DNA from: Patescibacteria group bacterium
GTDB lineage: Bacteria; Patescibacteriota; WWE3; JAMCXX01
Assembly: GCA_023474425.1 (NCBI GenBank)
Contig: JAMCXX010000002.1
Coordinates: 68,217 to 132,216 of the forward strand
Length of the DNA: 64,000 nucleotides
Direction: 5' to 3'
Shown here: positions 63,566 to 64,000 of the stretch, piece by piece
Position numbering within the stretch: position 1 is the stretch's first letter
How the letters are laid out: each line of letters begins with the position of its first letter
Translations under genes and position numbers: made by a program
The notes under the pieces: generated by a model
Told to the model about the DNA's origin: nothing
Seen by the model: the letters and a program-made list of their open reading frames with translations, nothing else
Database searches by the model: none

Positions 63566-64000
63566 CTAAAACTGAGCCCGGAGCTCGGCAACCATCTTTT
63601 CTAATCCCTCTAAATCTTCATGCAAAAACGGGTAACCAAGGCTATTAAGACAGGCGAAGGCTAAAGGAACGTTTTCGTAAATATTTTTAGCAAAACCACA
63701 GGTAACCAGGCAGTGAGATAAAACTAATTCGGGGCGTTCTTCGGTTTCCTTAGAAAAATTACAGCCGGCCGGGCAAAGAGCGCAAGACGGCTGGTTACTG
63801 TAAGAAACTTCCAAATCGCGGCCGCGTTCAAGAATCTCCCGGCAGAGTTCCGAATAATCCTTTTCTTTGGCGATGTTTAAGGTTCGGTCGGCCGAGACCA
63901 CTAAACCTAGGAGGTTCCGGCGATAAAGTCGACGCCCGATTTCGTCGTGTAGCTTAAAATAATTGTCGGCCAGACTTCCACCATCAGTAAAAGCGAGAAA
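63566..64000 (-). CDS. Cys-rich hypothetical protein (partial; N-terminus beyond the window end)
   Basis: The tracked GTG start at 63901 is not bounded by a stop. Hand translation continues in frame to the window edge (...FLAFTDGGSLADNYFKLHDEIGRRLYRRNLLGLVVSADRT...). Contains CALCPAGC. Confidence 0.5.
   Translation of the reverse strand, partial: FLAFTDGGSLADNYFKLHDEIGRRLYRRNLLGLVVSADRTLNIAKEKDYSELCREILERGRDLEVSYSNQPSCALCPAGCNFSKETEERPELVLSHCLVTCGFAKNIYENVPLAFACLNSLGYPFLHEDLEGLEKMVAELRAQF

Noticed and set aside
1-64000. Searched by eye for CRISPR arrays, rRNA genes, transposase/integrase genes, toxin-antitoxin pairs and known defence-system signatures.
   Set aside because: None was found. 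The only dispersed repeats are the ones reported: the double hairpins, the ~135-nt element, the ATTCGAnnAAG units and the 11-mer. A computational repeat and HMM scan would be needed to be certain.

Overview
This is a gene-dense 64-kb window, about 50% GC by eye and almost entirely on the minus strand, from a small-genome bacterium. Reading the minus strand from high to low coordinates: tpiA, a holA-like gene, sortase, murJ, lepA, hrcA-grpE-dnaK-(Zn-ribbon)-dnaJ, nusA-infB-(degenerate DHH)-rpsO-pnp, a Lon-like AAA+ gene, UDG, RNase J, ftsK-rodZ-like, a small low-GC patch, pyrG, alaS-(ftsA-like)-(499-aa membrane protein)-ruvX, PHP, mltG, then rpoB-rpoC-rpsL-rpsG-fusA-tuf fused to the S10/spc ribosomal-protein cluster ending in secY. 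Plus-strand genes are few: a YdjM-like gene, GIY-YIG plus tRNAs, an 851-aa TraD/VirD4-like ATPase, a cohesin-like surface protein, and rpsT-pilN-pilO. Several traits are consistent with CPR/Patescibacteria, but that is an inference: L30 is absent between S5 and L15, L3/IF2/AlaRS/Lon are trimmed, and many -10 boxes abut start codons. I found no rRNA, CRISPR array, transposase, integrase or recognisable defence or toxin system, so most of the window is ordinary housekeeping. Five things deserve a second look. (1) The tRNA locus at 29186-29720, where a tRNA 5' end pairs perfectly only with a tRNA 3' end about 520 nt away, with an AT-rich GIY-YIG ORF and an intact tRNA-Cys in between, plus a double hairpin repeated three times with compensatory stem changes. 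(2) A structured intergenic element of about 135 nt, present twice (31.66 kb and 55.75 kb). (3) A promoter, terminator and GC-rich structured leader upstream of nusA. (4) ATTCGAnnAAG periodic repeats in ribosomal-operon spacers. (5) The stand-alone TraD/VirD4-like ATPase with an unassigned 400-aa N-terminal region. None of these can be called a new system from sequence alone.
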